A stretch of DNA of 64,000 bases from Minisyncoccota bacterium (GTDB taxonomy: Bacteria > Patescibacteriota > Minisyncoccia > Phycocordibacterales > SBAW01). The notes under the pieces were generated by a model. That model was not told the DNA's origin. It did no database searches and saw only the letters and a program-made list of their open reading frames with translations. Position 1 is the first letter of the stretch. Each line of letters starts with the position of its first letter. The stretch lies in NCBI GenBank assembly GCA_035510635.1, contig DATKGU010000010.1:2149-66148 (forward strand). Reading direction: 5' to 3'. The position numbers were made by a program, and so were the translations under genes. Shown in pieces: positions 46,490-57,396 of the stretch.

Positions 46490-48427
46490 GTGCCGCAATC
46501 GCAAGAACATTTAAAGGGTCTCAACAACGCTCAACGGGAGGCGGTGCTCGCGACCAAGGGGCCGCTCTTGGTTTTGGCAGGCGCCGGAGCAGGGAAGACC
46601 CGCGTGATTACACACCGGATATTGCAACTGGTTAAAGAAGGCGTCGCACCGGACGAGATTTTGGCCATCACCTTTACCAACAAGGCGGCGGGAGAGATGC
46701 GCACGCGCACGCTCGAGCTTTTGGCCAAAAACAACGACATCAACCGGCCTGCGTTTGCTCCTCACCGGCCGCCGTTTGTCTCAACCTTCCACTCGCTGGG
46801 GCTTTTGATTATTAAAGAAAATTTTAAAGCGCTCGGGCTTAAGCGCCGGCCAAGTATCTATGACCGCGCCGACAGCATGCGTCTTATAAAGGAGGCGCTT
46901 AAGCAGATAGGCGCCGACGGCGAGCTCGAGCCGCGCGCAGCGCTTGGCACGATATCGCGCCACAAAGGCGAGGGGGTGACCGCCGGCCAATATGCCGAGG
47001 CCGCACAAACCGGCCGCGAGCGCACGCTTGCCGCTATCTGGCTCTCGTACGAGCGAGCGCTTGCCGCCGACTCGGCGCTCGACTTTGATGACCTACTTGC
47101 ACGCTCCGAAAAGTTTTTGCGCGAAAACGCCGAGGCGCGTGCCGCATACCAGCGGCGATGGAAGTATGTGCATATAGATGAGTATCAAGACACCAACAAG
47201 ATACAAGCGAAGCTTGCCTCGCATTTGGTAGGACCCGAGCAAAATATTTGCGCGGTGGGCGATGTCGACCAAACCATTTACGGCTGGCGCGGCGCCGAGA
47301 TATCCAACATCATGACGTTTGAAAAAAAGTTCCCCGGGGCAAAAACTATTTTGCTCGAGCAAAATTATCGCTCGACCAAAAATATTTTGGCCGCCGCCAA
47401 CGACATCATCTCCAAAAATAAATACCGGCCAGAAAAAAACTTGTTTACGGCCAACGCCGATGGCGAAAAGCTCTCGCTCTATCAAGCCTATGACGAAACC
47501 GACGAAGCCAACTTTATTGTGCGCATCATCGGCCAACTTGTTGAGGATGGTGCCTCGCCGCAAGACTTTACCGTGCTGTATCGCGCCAACTTTCAATCGC
47601 GCGCCATTGAGGAGGCGCTGCTCAATTCTGAAATTTCTTACCAAGTGGTGGGCACGCGCTTTTTTGAACGCAAAGAAATAAAAGACGTGCTCTCGTTTGT
47701 ACGTGCGGCATTGGTGGGCGGCGATGTCGACATTGCGCGCGTTGCCAACATCCCGCCGCGCGGCATCGGCAAAGTTACCCTGCTTAAAATGCTTGCGGGA
47801 AGGGGAGCGGAGCTCACGGGCGCCGTGCGCGAGAAGGTTGCTGCGTTTCGAACATTGCTCGCAAAAATAAAAGATGCGTCGTCGCTGCTTACACCATCGG
47901 AGCTCATAAAATTTGTCGTGGTCGAGAGCGGCATGGAAGCGTTGTATAAAGAAGACAAGCTCGAAGGCGCCGAGCGGCTCGAAAACATCCGCGAGCTTGT
48001 CTCGCTTGCATCGCGCTACGATGCGCTGCCAAAAGAAGAAGCACTCGACGCATTGCTCGAGAGCGCCGCGCTTGCGAGCGACCAAGATGAAATAAAAGAC
48101 GAAAAAAATGCGGTACGGCTCATGACCGTGCACGCCTCAAAAGGTCTTGAGTTTCCGTATGTATTTATCACCGGGCTCGAAGAAGGGCTCTTCCCGTACG
48201 AGCGCGAAGATGACACGAGCGAGGCCAACCAAGAGGAGGAGCGCCGGCTGATGTATGTGGCGCTTACGCGCGCCGAGAAAAAAGTGTTTCTCTCATACGC
48301 ATCATATCGCACGGTGTTTGGCTCAAAAACCGGCACCGCACCGTCGCAATTTTTGTCCGACATATCCAACGACCTCGTGGAGTGGGAGTCGCCGATGCGA
48401 TTGGGAAAAACTATTTATCTCGACTAA
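46490..48427 (+). CDS. pcrA: UvrD/PcrA DNA helicase
   Basis: AGAGAGKT, TFTNKAA, DEYQDTN, MTVHASKGLEF, EERRLMYV. Confidence 0.96.
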   Translation: MPQSQEHLKGLNNAQREAVLATKGPLLVLAGAGAGKTRVITHRILQLVKEGVAPDEILAITFTNKAAGEMRTRTLELLAKNNDINRPAFAPHRPPFVSTFHSLGLLIIKENFKALGLKRRPSIYDRADSMRLIKEALKQIGADGELEPRAALGTISRHKGEGVTAGQYAEAAQTGRERTLAAIWLSYERALAADSALDFDDLLARSEKFLRENAEARAAYQRRWKYVHIDEYQDTNKIQAKLASHLVGPEQNICAVGDVDQTIYGWRGAEISNIMTFEKKFPGAKTILLEQNYRSTKNILAAANDIISKNKYRPEKNLFTANADGEKLSLYQAYDETDEANFIVRIIGQLVEDGASPQDFTVLYRANFQSRAIEEALLNSEISYQVVGTRFFERKEIKDVLSFVRAALVGGDVDIARVANIPPRGIGKVTLLKMLAGRGAELTGAVREKVAAFRTLLAKIKDASSLLTPSELIKFVVVESGMEALYKEDKLEGAERLENIRELVSLASRYDALPKEEALDALLESAALASDQDEIKDEKNAVRLMTVHASKGLEFPYVFITGLEEGLFPYEREDDTSEANQEEERRLMYVALTRAEKKVFLSYASYRTVFGSKTGTAPSQFLSDISNDLVEWESPMRLGKTIYLD

Positions 48428-48436
48428 ACTACCGGT

Positions 48437-49216
48437 ATGATTCCTAAAAAATCACTCGGCCAACATTTTTTACACAGCGCCTATTATCTGGGGCTCATGG
48501 CTGATGCGGCAAATGTTGGCCAGAGCGATTATATAGTGGAGGTGGGGCCGGGCGAGGGAGCGCTCACCGAGGTGTTGCTCACGCGCGGCGCCACCGTGGT
48601 GGCACTCGAAAAAGACCGCCGCTTAATACCGGTGCTGCAAGAAAAATTTAAAAAAGAAATTGCAAAAGAAAAATTTATTTTGCACGAGTGCGACGCGCTC
48701 GAGGTTGATATCGCAAAGCTCACTCCCAAAAATAAACCGTATAAAGTGGTTGCCAATATCCCGTACTACATTACCGGTGCGCTGCTGCAAAAATTTTTAA
48801 CGGGTGCCGCACAACCCAGCACCTTGGTATTTTTAATTCAAAAAGAGGTGGCCGAGCGCATTGCGAGGAGTAAAAAAGAAAGTATCCTTTCGCTCTCGAT
48901 AAAAGCATACGGCACGCCTACCTATGTTAAGACCGTGCCAAAAGGAGCCTTCTCTCCGCCGCCTACGGTAGACTCGGCCATTTTGCGCATCGAAGATATT
49001 TCGCGCACCCATTTTGCAAACGCCAACATGGAGAAACGGTTTTTTGCATTTGTTAAAACCGGATTTGCACAAAAAAGAAAGTTGCTCAAACGCAATGTAG
49101 AAAAGCTTGTAGGTAAAAAAGGGATAGGGGAGGCATTTGCCAAAGCCGGTATTGCCGACAACGCCCGCGCCGAGGATGTCTCGCTCCCAGAGTGGTTCGC
49201 GCTAGCCGAATATTAA
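48437..49216 (+). CDS. rsmA: 16S rRNA dimethyladenosine transferase
   Basis: KKSLGQHFL, EVGPGEG, VANIPYYIT, FSPPPTVDS. Confidence 0.96.
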   Translation: MIPKKSLGQHFLHSAYYLGLMADAANVGQSDYIVEVGPGEGALTEVLLTRGATVVALEKDRRLIPVLQEKFKKEIAKEKFILHECDALEVDIAKLTPKNKPYKVVANIPYYITGALLQKFLTGAAQPSTLVFLIQKEVAERIARSKKESILSLSIKAYGTPTYVKTVPKGAFSPPPTVDSAILRIEDISRTHFANANMEKRFFAFVKTGFAQKRKLLKRNVEKLVGKKGIGEAFAKAGIADNARAEDVSLPEWFALAEY

Positions 49217-50166
49217 GGAACAACGGACGAGCCGGCCTCCGGCGTGATAGTGCCAACTGCCGGTACAGGGAAACATGCGTCGCCAATGTAGGTAATGCAG
49301 CTTTGTACTCCCGGTTCATAGATACCGAGCGTTGCCACACCAGGAGCCGGCAGCGTGTGCCAGTTAAACGCTTCGGTACCATCAACATAGTCGAGCAAAA
49401 GATTTGAAGTTGGCGTTGGCGCGCCAAGTGATACAAAAATTTGAGTAACTCCCGGAGGACAATCGCAAATGAGCGGGTTGGAATAGGTAACAAAACCTCC
49501 AAAAGGCAGACCAACTCCCGCTTGTGCAATGTCTGGCATCAACAAACGTTTTGCGGATGCAATGATAATGTCAAAAACTTTTTGTGCAAACGGTTTGCTG
49601 AGTTCAATCGAAGCTTGTGTTTGATACAAAGTCTGCTGATCTTTAAAAAACTTTGCCTGGAAGTCGGTCGTTGATGCCGCCGTGGCCAATATTTTGGCAG
49701 TGATAAGCGCAAGCGTGGTTGATGAGTACCCTTGTTGCGCGCCCGCCTGATTTACAGCCGCAACATATTGTTGGAGTGGGGTAGAAGAGGTCGTGGCGGC
49801 TGCAGTTGTGGAAGTAGATGTACCTTTTTGCAACATCGCCAATGTGAGCGGACCCACAATACCGCTTGGGGTGGCAAGACCGGCAGGCACGAGTATCTCC
49901 GCGCTGTATTTGTTTTGATACCGCTTTACCGCATCAAGTGTTTTTGCCCCAAAATAGGAGCTTTCCATCCCCGGCGAGCCAATACCGGAAGCGGCCACCT
50001 CGGTATCGGGCGACTTATTGAGCAGTTGTTGCAAAAGAAGCACCTGCGGGCCGCTGTCGCCAAAGCGCAGTGTTGTAGAAATTCCTCCCGTTGCCGATGC
50101 CGTTGAAACAAATGCTCCGCACAATACTATAGAAAGGAGTGTTGCAAAGACGAATCGGATGCTCAT
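49213..50166 (-). CDS. Secreted peptidoglycan-binding domain protein
   Basis: Signal peptide; LRFGDSGPQVLLLQ...YFGAKT..AVKRYQ; Cys-containing C-terminus; start ATG 50166. Confidence 0.8.
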   Translation of the reverse strand: MSIRFVFATLLSIVLCGAFVSTASATGGISTTLRFGDSGPQVLLLQQLLNKSPDTEVAASGIGSPGMESSYFGAKTLDAVKRYQNKYSAEILVPAGLATPSGIVGPLTLAMLQKGTSTSTTAAATTSSTPLQQYVAAVNQAGAQQGYSSTTLALITAKILATAASTTDFQAKFFKDQQTLYQTQASIELSKPFAQKVFDIIIASAKRLLMPDIAQAGVGLPFGGFVTYSNPLICDCPPGVTQIFVSLGAPTPTSNLLLDYVDGTEAFNWHTLPAPGVATLGIYEPGVQSCITYIGDACFPVPAVGTITPEAGSSVVP

Positions 50167-50217
50167 ACGTGCATATAGTATAACCCGCATAGAAATCGCT
50201 GTTATACTATTACTGTT

Positions 50218-51114
50218 ATGTATCTTCGCCGCTATCTGCCGAGCGCACAGTTTACGGTTATTGCTTTCTCGTTGCTCTTTGCCGGCGGCTTGGTGTACGG
50301 CGCGGAGCTTATCACCCAACCGCCCGCAAGCTCTGCCACGGTGAGTGCGGTTACAACCTCCGCATCCGACACAAACTCGGAAGATTGGCAGGCAACGCTC
50401 GATGCCATACAAGCGCAAAACGCCTCGAGCTCGCTCGCAGGTGCAACACCTCAAACGGTTGCGCAGATGTTGGCCGCCGCGCAAAGTTCCAACATTACCG
50501 ACTCGGTCGGCAAGAGCATACTTATCAACCTCAGCAACGCCAAGTCGCAAGGCCTTGGCGATGACACACCAACCCAAGACCAGATTATCTCTGCGGCCGC
50601 GGCGCAGGTTGCGGCAACCAAGCCAACGCACCAGTACACCGCCGCCGACCTCACAATTGTTGCCGACTCCAATGCCTCGCTTAAAGCGTATGGCAACGGC
50701 GTCATGCAAATTTTGGACAACAACCAGACCGCAAGCGAACAGGCAACACTCACCGCAATAGACAACGCCACCAGTAAAAACGATCCTTCGGAGCTTGATG
50801 CCCTCACGCCCATAGGTGCTGCATATCAAAACATCACCACACAATTGCTTGCGCTACCGGTACCGCAAACACTCTCACCTCTCCATCTCTCCGTGGTAAA
50901 CGCCTACGCAAGCATCGCCGCCACCTATCCCGACATGCAGGCGTCGCTCACCGACCCTCTGCGCGGTATCGTTGGCATACAAACATACGAAGCACAACTC
51001 CAGATGTTGGGCAGAGTGTTTACAAACATCGCGCAAGACCTCTCTAAAGACGGTATACTTTTTAACAAGGACGAGCCGGGAAGCGCATGGAGTATTGTTC
51101 TTTCGCCGCAATAA
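50218..51114 (+). CDS. Membrane-anchored hypothetical protein (T4SS-associated cluster)
   Basis: N-terminal TM, helical body (VP...H...N, DP motifs). Confidence 0.75.
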   Translation: MYLRRYLPSAQFTVIAFSLLFAGGLVYGAELITQPPASSATVSAVTTSASDTNSEDWQATLDAIQAQNASSSLAGATPQTVAQMLAAAQSSNITDSVGKSILINLSNAKSQGLGDDTPTQDQIISAAAAQVAATKPTHQYTAADLTIVADSNASLKAYGNGVMQILDNNQTASEQATLTAIDNATSKNDPSELDALTPIGAAYQNITTQLLALPVPQTLSPLHLSVVNAYASIAATYPDMQASLTDPLRGIVGIQTYEAQLQMLGRVFTNIAQDLSKDGILFNKDEPGSAWSIVLSPQ

Positions 51115-51117
51115 CGC

Positions 51118-53085
51118 ATGACTAAAAAAATTCTTTACATCATCTTGGGTGCCATACTCGCTTTTGGCCTCCTCTTTTTGCTCTGGAGTTGGCTTTTTAG
51201 CGGCGGCAACACCGCACAAACCAACGGACAGTTTGGCACCGCAGGCAATGCCACGGGCAACGCAAGCTTAAACGCCAACTCCAACAACGGCCAGACCAAC
51301 CTCGGCCAAAACACCGCCAACGGCAGCATCCCGCTCAACGGCAGCAACACCAATGCAAACAGCGGCGGTATAAATGGCAACAGCAGCTCTTCGGGAGGCA
51401 GCGCCACGAGCGCGTTTGCCACCTACTCGCCAAGCGTCGCCGGCGTGCAATGGCTCAACAGTGCCGACAACAACTTTAATCCAACAGATATCAATAGCGT
51501 AAACGGCGCTTCAGTGGGGGGCACCGTGCCAACGTTGAGCAGTTTAAAGGGCTCAGGAAGCGGCGGCAATTCTCAACTTAATTTGTTGCTTGCGGCAGGA
51601 TTGATAGGCGTCGGCTCATGCGCACTGCAGGCATCAGGACAAACAATTGGTTCGCTTATTGGAGGAGGAACGGCAGCCCTAGCCCCTAGCGTAGCAGGAA
51701 CAGCCTTAGCGGTTCCTACTGACGATATCGAGACGCACACTCTTCAAGGTGCGCAGCTTGCAAATACCGCAGGTCATAACGTTGTGACCTTTCAAGGCTG
51801 CCTTACCAACGTGCTCGCCAAAATTGCTTTGCAGCAAATTACCGCGAGCGTGGTCAACTGGATCAACTCCGGCTTTAAAGGACAGCCATCTTTTGTAACT
51901 AACTATCAGCAATTTTTTGACAATGTCGCCAACCTCGCTGCCGGGCAATTTATACAAGGCGCGGGGCTGTCATTTTTATGCTCACCTTTTAAAGCCCAAA
52001 TAAAAATCGCCGTGGCGCAAAGTTATGCCAACCGGGGAGCGCAGTCATGTACGCTCACGAGCGTCATCAACAACATCAACAGCTTTATGAACGGCAACTT
52101 CTCGCAAGGAGGCTGGCCGGGGCTTATCTCTTACACCACGACGCCCACCAACAACCCCTACGGCGCGTATGCCTATGCACAAATAGGGTTGGTAACCGCG
52201 CAAAATAACGCGGTGGCAAACGCCAAGAGTAATATCTCACCAACAGGATTTTTAAACATGGTGCAACAAAGTTGCAGCGGAGTAACCAGCGTCAGCTCGT
52301 CGGTGACTGCAGGTCAAAACAGCCAAGCTGCCCAAGTGTCATGTCCCTCTGGATGCACCTGCAAAACAACCACGCCGGGCAGCGTTATTGAGGCCTCGCT
52401 CAACAAAACGCTCGGCAGCGGCGTCGACCAGCTTGGCCTTGCAAGCGACCTCGACCAAATTATCAACGCACTCACCACCCAACTCCTTACCCAAGCTCTG
52501 CAAGGCGGCCTCTCTAATCTTTCGGGTACCGACGGCGTGCAAAGCTCGTATCAAACCCCCGAAGAGCAAGCTGCGCAGACTCAAGCGCAGGGCATACTCA
52601 CCAACCTGCAAGCGCAAGTGGGCTACGCGCAGCAATACGGCTCGATAGAGCAGGGGAGCATCAGTGATATCGAAAACGCGCAGTCGGCTCTTAACAGCCT
52701 TATCAATTGCTGGGACGGCATTGCTTCGTCAACATCGTTTAGCTCGAGCCAACAAAGCACGGCCGCATCCAATGCAGCAAATGCGCAGGCAACCTCCAAC
52801 ACGTTTGATGCGCAGATAACCTCCTACAACAACGCCATCACCGCGGTTAATGCCGAGATAGCCACCATCGAGGAGTTACAAACCGAGGCGCTCTCGATTG
52901 CCTCCACGGCCGATGTCGACCAGCTCACCACCGACTACAACAATGCGCAAAGCACGACGCCGTTTATCTCGGCAACCGATGTAACCACCGCGCAGCAAAA
53001 CCGCACCACGCTGCAAAGCCAGCTTGCTTCGCTTAACACCTCAACACAGGAGAGCCTCACGCAATGCCAAGCGTTTGGGCACTAA
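51118..53085 (+). CDS. Large membrane-anchored protein (T4SS-associated cluster)
   Basis: TM; VVNWINSGFKGQPSFV and LCSPF motifs; Gln-rich coiled coil. Confidence 0.75.
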   Translation: MTKKILYIILGAILAFGLLFLLWSWLFSGGNTAQTNGQFGTAGNATGNASLNANSNNGQTNLGQNTANGSIPLNGSNTNANSGGINGNSSSSGGSATSAFATYSPSVAGVQWLNSADNNFNPTDINSVNGASVGGTVPTLSSLKGSGSGGNSQLNLLLAAGLIGVGSCALQASGQTIGSLIGGGTAALAPSVAGTALAVPTDDIETHTLQGAQLANTAGHNVVTFQGCLTNVLAKIALQQITASVVNWINSGFKGQPSFVTNYQQFFDNVANLAAGQFIQGAGLSFLCSPFKAQIKIAVAQSYANRGAQSCTLTSVINNINSFMNGNFSQGGWPGLISYTTTPTNNPYGAYAYAQIGLVTAQNNAVANAKSNISPTGFLNMVQQSCSGVTSVSSSVTAGQNSQAAQVSCPSGCTCKTTTPGSVIEASLNKTLGSGVDQLGLASDLDQIINALTTQLLTQALQGGLSNLSGTDGVQSSYQTPEEQAAQTQAQGILTNLQAQVGYAQQYGSIEQGSISDIENAQSALNSLINCWDGIASSTSFSSSQQSTAASNAANAQATSNTFDAQITSYNNAITAVNAEIATIEELQTEALSIASTADVDQLTTDYNNAQSTTPFISATDVTTAQQNRTTLQSQLASLNTSTQESLTQCQAFGH

Positions 53086-53088
53086 CGT

Positions 53089-55551
53089 ATGAAAAAATTT
53101 CTTATTACCGTCTCGAAATACTCAGTAACGACGAGCATGGCTCTCGCAATCGCGTTCTCACCGCTTGCCCAGCTTGCTTCTATTGCACAGGCTGACACAT
53201 TGCCCGCCGACACATCCAGTTTTGCCGGTGGATATACGGCGCCCTCAGCGTCTTACACTTCGTCGGCACCTGCGGTGCAATCAACTAACACGGGCATCAA
53301 TTCTACTGTTGGCGACTCATCGGGTGCCTCGAGTCCGGCCTCAACCGCCACTGCAGCCGGGACTAACAACACGCCAGGGGCAACAGACCCTACGGGTGTA
53401 AGTTGTAGTTGGAGCCCAAGCGATTGGGACCTTTGTTTTACCAACGTAGTGTACGCGTTTACCGTGGGCATCGGCAGTGGCTTTGCCTATGTCGCGGCGG
53501 AGTTTTTTAACTTGGCGGTCAATCTCTCGCTCAACGGCCCCATCTACGCGCTCACTTTTATCTCAACCGGCTGGACCACGGCGCGCGACTTGGCCAACAT
53601 GGCGTTTATTTTTATCCTCATTTATATCGCGTTTATGCTCATCTTTGAGGCGGAGACAAGCCATACCATGTCGCTCCTCGCAGGCGTCATTGTTATTGCG
53701 CTCTTGGTAAACTTTAGCTTCTTTTTTACGCGCCTCGTGATAGATGCGGGCAACATTCTTTCAATACAATTTTACAATTCCATACAGGCACCCAGCATAC
53801 AATCGACCGCCCAAAGCTCCACTGTCGCGTCTGCCGTAAACACTGCGGCCGGCTCCATCTTGGGCGCGAACATGCAAACGAAAGACTTAACCGCGAGCAT
53901 CATGGGGATGCTCCAACTCCAAAATCTTTTTAATTCTAACTCTTTCACCACTTTTCATCAGCAGGCCGGATTCTTTACGCAGATAATTGTCCTGTGCTTT
54001 TTGTACATTGGCGCCGCTATCATGTTTTATCTCCTTACGGTGACCTTTGTCACCGTAGGCATCAAATTTTTAGTGCGCATCGTGATACTGTGGTTCCTCA
54101 TCATATTCTCGCCGCTCGCATTTGTGGCGCGGGCCACACCCGAAAAAGGCCCCCTGCGCCATTACTTTAAAGATTGGCTGGAAGCGCTTATTTCCCACGC
54201 CTTTTATCCGGTGGCGTTTATGTTTATCTTCCTTATCCTCACCAATTTTACCAACCAGATGGGGAGCTGTACCAGCAACGGGAGCTCCAGCTCGCAAAGC
54301 TGCCTTATCAACGACGTGTTTACCTCTTTGCAAGGCAGCGCCACAAGCTCGAGCTCGGCCATTGCCGTGATGGGCTTGGCGTTTGCCAACGTAGCCATTC
54401 GCCTCGGATTTGTCATCGCTATCCTTTATCTGGGCCTCAAAGCAGCTGATAGCGTGAGCGTCATGGGTGCTAGCGCAGCCCAAAAAGCCGGCAACTGGGC
54501 AGGCGGTAAATTTAAAGCCTCAACATTGGGGCTTGGAGGCGTTGCCTTCCGCGAAACCATTGGGCACCACGCACAAAATACTATTGATACTGCAAAGAAA
54601 AACCCGCCAGGAAATATTGTCGGCCAATATATGGACTTTGCTCTGCGTAAAAATGTGTTGACTCCTCTGACAAAAACTTCAATAGGAGGTGCCAAATCGT
54701 ATACCGATGTAGTGGCATCCAGAAAAGAAGTGAGGGAGGATTGGAATAAAAACGTAGACGAACATCTTGTTAACATAAAAAACCGCGAGGATGAGAAGGA
54801 ACTTGCCAAACTTGATGAACAATGGAATCCGCTGGCGAAGAAACTTGAAACTATGGAGGATGAACTAAAACAACTCAAGTCGCTCCCGCCCAACCCTGTA
54901 AATGGCACGCGAGTAATAACCAAACAAGGCGAAATTGATGATTTCAAGGAAAAAGAAATGGACCCTCTGCGCCCACGACGTGAACAGCTTATTGCCAATA
55001 TGGGCAAAATGGAAGGCTCTCAGGTTACCGCATTGGCTGCAAAAGATCTCGAAAAGATAATCAAACATATTTCCGACAAACAAATAAAGGCAATCAAAGA
55101 TAGCCTCAAATACAGCAGGACAGAAAAGGACACGCTTGAACGTAAATGGAATGAGCAATCCACCAAAGCGCCACTAGCCGAATCGAGAGAACAGCTCAAA
55201 AAACTGGGCGAGCTGCATGAGCAGCTCCAGGTACTTCATGTTGACCTAAAGACCGTCGGCGCCGCTGCAAAACCAGCGCCCAATCAAACCTTTAATGTCA
55301 ATTTGGGCACAACAAAGAAAATGAAGAAAGAGATCGAAGACAGACTAGAGGAACAAGAAAAGATACGGGATGACCGTCTCCTCGAAAAAAATGATGATGG
55401 CAAACGACAACGTTCAGAAGCGGGTGAGGCAGCTAAAAAACTCAAGAAAGCTCTTGAGAATATTACAAAATTGGAAGAAAAGGTTAAGGATATTCCTGAC
55501 AGTGTTGGGGGCACCCGCAACGAAGGAGAGTTTGTTAACACCGGAAAGTAG
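53089..55551 (+). CDS. VirB6/TrbL-like polytopic membrane protein with charged C-terminal tail
   Basis: GWTTARDLAN, ALLVNFS, RIVILWFLIIFSPLAF; upstream of prgI and virB4. Confidence 0.65.
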   Translation: MKKFLITVSKYSVTTSMALAIAFSPLAQLASIAQADTLPADTSSFAGGYTAPSASYTSSAPAVQSTNTGINSTVGDSSGASSPASTATAAGTNNTPGATDPTGVSCSWSPSDWDLCFTNVVYAFTVGIGSGFAYVAAEFFNLAVNLSLNGPIYALTFISTGWTTARDLANMAFIFILIYIAFMLIFEAETSHTMSLLAGVIVIALLVNFSFFFTRLVIDAGNILSIQFYNSIQAPSIQSTAQSSTVASAVNTAAGSILGANMQTKDLTASIMGMLQLQNLFNSNSFTTFHQQAGFFTQIIVLCFLYIGAAIMFYLLTVTFVTVGIKFLVRIVILWFLIIFSPLAFVARATPEKGPLRHYFKDWLEALISHAFYPVAFMFIFLILTNFTNQMGSCTSNGSSSSQSCLINDVFTSLQGSATSSSSAIAVMGLAFANVAIRLGFVIAILYLGLKAADSVSVMGASAAQKAGNWAGGKFKASTLGLGGVAFRETIGHHAQNTIDTAKKNPPGNIVGQYMDFALRKNVLTPLTKTSIGGAKSYTDVVASRKEVREDWNKNVDEHLVNIKNREDEKELAKLDEQWNPLAKKLETMEDELKQLKSLPPNPVNGTRVITKQGEIDDFKEKEMDPLRPRREQLIANMGKMEGSQVTALAAKDLEKIIKHISDKQIKAIKDSLKYSRTEKDTLERKWNEQSTKAPLAESREQLKKLGELHEQLQVLHVDLKTVGAAAKPAPNQTFNVNLGTTKKMKKEIEDRLEEQEKIRDDRLLEKNDDGKRQRSEAGEAAKKLKKALENITKLEEKVKDIPDSVGGTRNEGEFVNTGK

Positions 55552-55565
55552 TATAATGGCTATAT

Positions 55566-56225
55566 ATGGCTGACTCTGTAAGTTCAGACGACATACAAAA
55601 ACTCATAGCGGCACTGCCACCGGAGGTTAAATCGTTGCTCTACAGCAAAGAGATGGATGATGTCATGCAACAAATTGGCACCAAACATCAGCTGCACATA
55701 GACCAAATCGGCGAGCTGGAAAGCGAGGTGGCTGCGGCTATGATTGGTATCAGCCAGATGCAAGAGTTGCCGCAAAATATCAGCGACACGCTAGAGGTTG
55801 ATATGACAAAAAGTAACGCCCTTGTTGCGGATATCAATCTGCTTTTGCTTGATAAAATCCGCTCGTCGATGAAAAAGAATGATGCTGATAAGTCGGTTAT
55901 TATGCCCTCGGCTATGGCTGCTTCTGCATCTGCGACTGCGCCTACACCTCCTGCCACCTCTGCACCTGTTCCAACAGCTCCAGTTGCACCAACACCTACA
56001 GCCGCTCCTCTCCCTACCGACATGCAGATTGACCCTCCTGCCACTCAACCAACTCCGGCTCCGGCAAAAGTTGTTGCTCCTGCACCTCAAATGCCCGAAG
56101 CCGATGTTATGTTGAGCGAGCCAACGGTTAGCTTGCCCAAAAAGGTTGAATCTGCTCCAACTCCAACCAAAATAGAAGTACCCACTACTTACAAAGCCGA
56201 CCCGTATCGCGAACCTATTGAGTAA
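55566..56225 (+). CDS. Hypothetical protein with Pro-rich linker and C-terminal DPYREP motif
   Basis: LHIDQ domain, Pro/Ala/Thr tract. Confidence 0.75.
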   Translation: MADSVSSDDIQKLIAALPPEVKSLLYSKEMDDVMQQIGTKHQLHIDQIGELESEVAAAMIGISQMQELPQNISDTLEVDMTKSNALVADINLLLLDKIRSSMKKNDADKSVIMPSAMAASASATAPTPPATSAPVPTAPVAPTPTAAPLPTDMQIDPPATQPTPAPAKVVAPAPQMPEADVMLSEPTVSLPKKVESAPTPTKIEVPTTYKADPYREPIE

Positions 56226-56265
56226 AAGGGGAGAGTAGTGATATTTTTGCGATATACTATAGCTA

Positions 56266-56712
56266 ATGCGCTATCAGGTTCCTCAATTTATCGAAATCGA
56301 AGACAAGATATTTGGGCCGCTTACCTTTAAGCAGTTTATTTATCTCGCGGGCGCAGGCGGCGTATGCCTTTTGTTTTTTACTCTGTTGCCGCTCTACATC
56401 GCCGTGCTTTGCATGATTCCTTTTATTGCGCTGGGCTTCGCACTCGCCTTTTACAAGGTCAACGGCCGGCCGTTTATTGTGGTGCTCGAGCACGCGTTTG
56501 GATACTTTTTTGGCCACAAGCTCTATTTGTGGAAACAGCACAGCGCAAAAACCCCTTCGGCGGTAGCGCAGGCTCCCGCGGCGGCCATGGGCACGCTCAC
56601 CGTGCCCAAACTTTCCAACAGCAAGCTTAAAGACCTAGCCTGGTCGCTCAACATTAAAGACAGGAGCACGATGGGTGTGGTCGACACGAGCCGCACGGGT
56701 TTTGAAATATAA
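56266..56712 (+). CDS. PrgI family (VirB3-like) protein
   Basis: VPQFIEIEDKIFGPLTFKQF, 2 TM, NGRPF. Confidence 0.88.
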   Translation: MRYQVPQFIEIEDKIFGPLTFKQFIYLAGAGGVCLLFFTLLPLYIAVLCMIPFIALGFALAFYKVNGRPFIVVLEHAFGYFFGHKLYLWKQHSAKTPSAVAQAPAAAMGTLTVPKLSNSKLKDLAWSLNIKDRSTMGVVDTSRTGFEI

Positions 56713-56723
56713 CTATCACGCAT

Positions 56724-57392
56724 ATGCCAAACAGCACACCAGTAAAAGCGCAGGCCACACAGGAGTTTGTACCTATTAAAGAGGTGCGCGATGGTATCGT
56801 CATACTCAAAGACGGCTCTTTGCGCGCCATACTCATGGCCTCGTCTATCAACCTCGCGCTCAAAGGCGCCGACGAGCAGCAGGCGATTATCGGTCAGTTT
56901 CAAAGCTTTTTAAACTCGCTTGAGTTTACGGTGCAATTTTTTATCCAAAGCCGCGACTTGGACATCCGGCCATATATTGCTCTCCTCGAAGACCGCTACG
57001 CGCAAGAGCTCGACGACCTCATGAAGATACAAATACGCGAATACATGGCGTTTATCAAAGACTTTACCTCGCGCGCCAACATCATGACCAAAAACTTTTT
57101 TATCGTCGTGCCTTACGACCCGGCGCTCATGGTGCGCGGCGGAGGCGTTGGCGGCGCGATTGGCTCGCTGTTTCCATCCAGCTCCGGAGGTTCGGCCGCA
57201 CTCACCAACGAGCAGTTTGAGCAATATCGCACCCAGCTTGAGCAGCGCGTCTCGGTTATCGAGCAAGGCCTTGTGCGCACCGGCGTGCGCATTGTAAACC
57301 TCGGCACCGAGGAGGTGATAGAGTTATTCTACAAGCTCTTTAATCCGGGCGAGCTCGAAAAGCCTTTGCAGGTAACGCAGATTGCTAAATAA
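56724..57392 (+). CDS. TraC/VirB4 N-terminal-like protein
   Basis: IKEVRDGIVILKDG, SSINLALK, FLNSLEF; between prgI and virB4. Confidence 0.75.
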   Translation: MPNSTPVKAQATQEFVPIKEVRDGIVILKDGSLRAILMASSINLALKGADEQQAIIGQFQSFLNSLEFTVQFFIQSRDLDIRPYIALLEDRYAQELDDLMKIQIREYMAFIKDFTSRANIMTKNFFIVVPYDPALMVRGGGVGGAIGSLFPSSSGGSAALTNEQFEQYRTQLEQRVSVIEQGLVRTGVRIVNLGTEEVIELFYKLFNPGELEKPLQVTQIAK

Positions 57393-57396
57393 CACT

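Noticed and set aside
49213-50844. 543-aa ORF as listed in the track
   Set aside because: The N-terminal ~225 aa is antisense to the 50218 gene; the real start is probably ATG 50166, followed by a signal peptide
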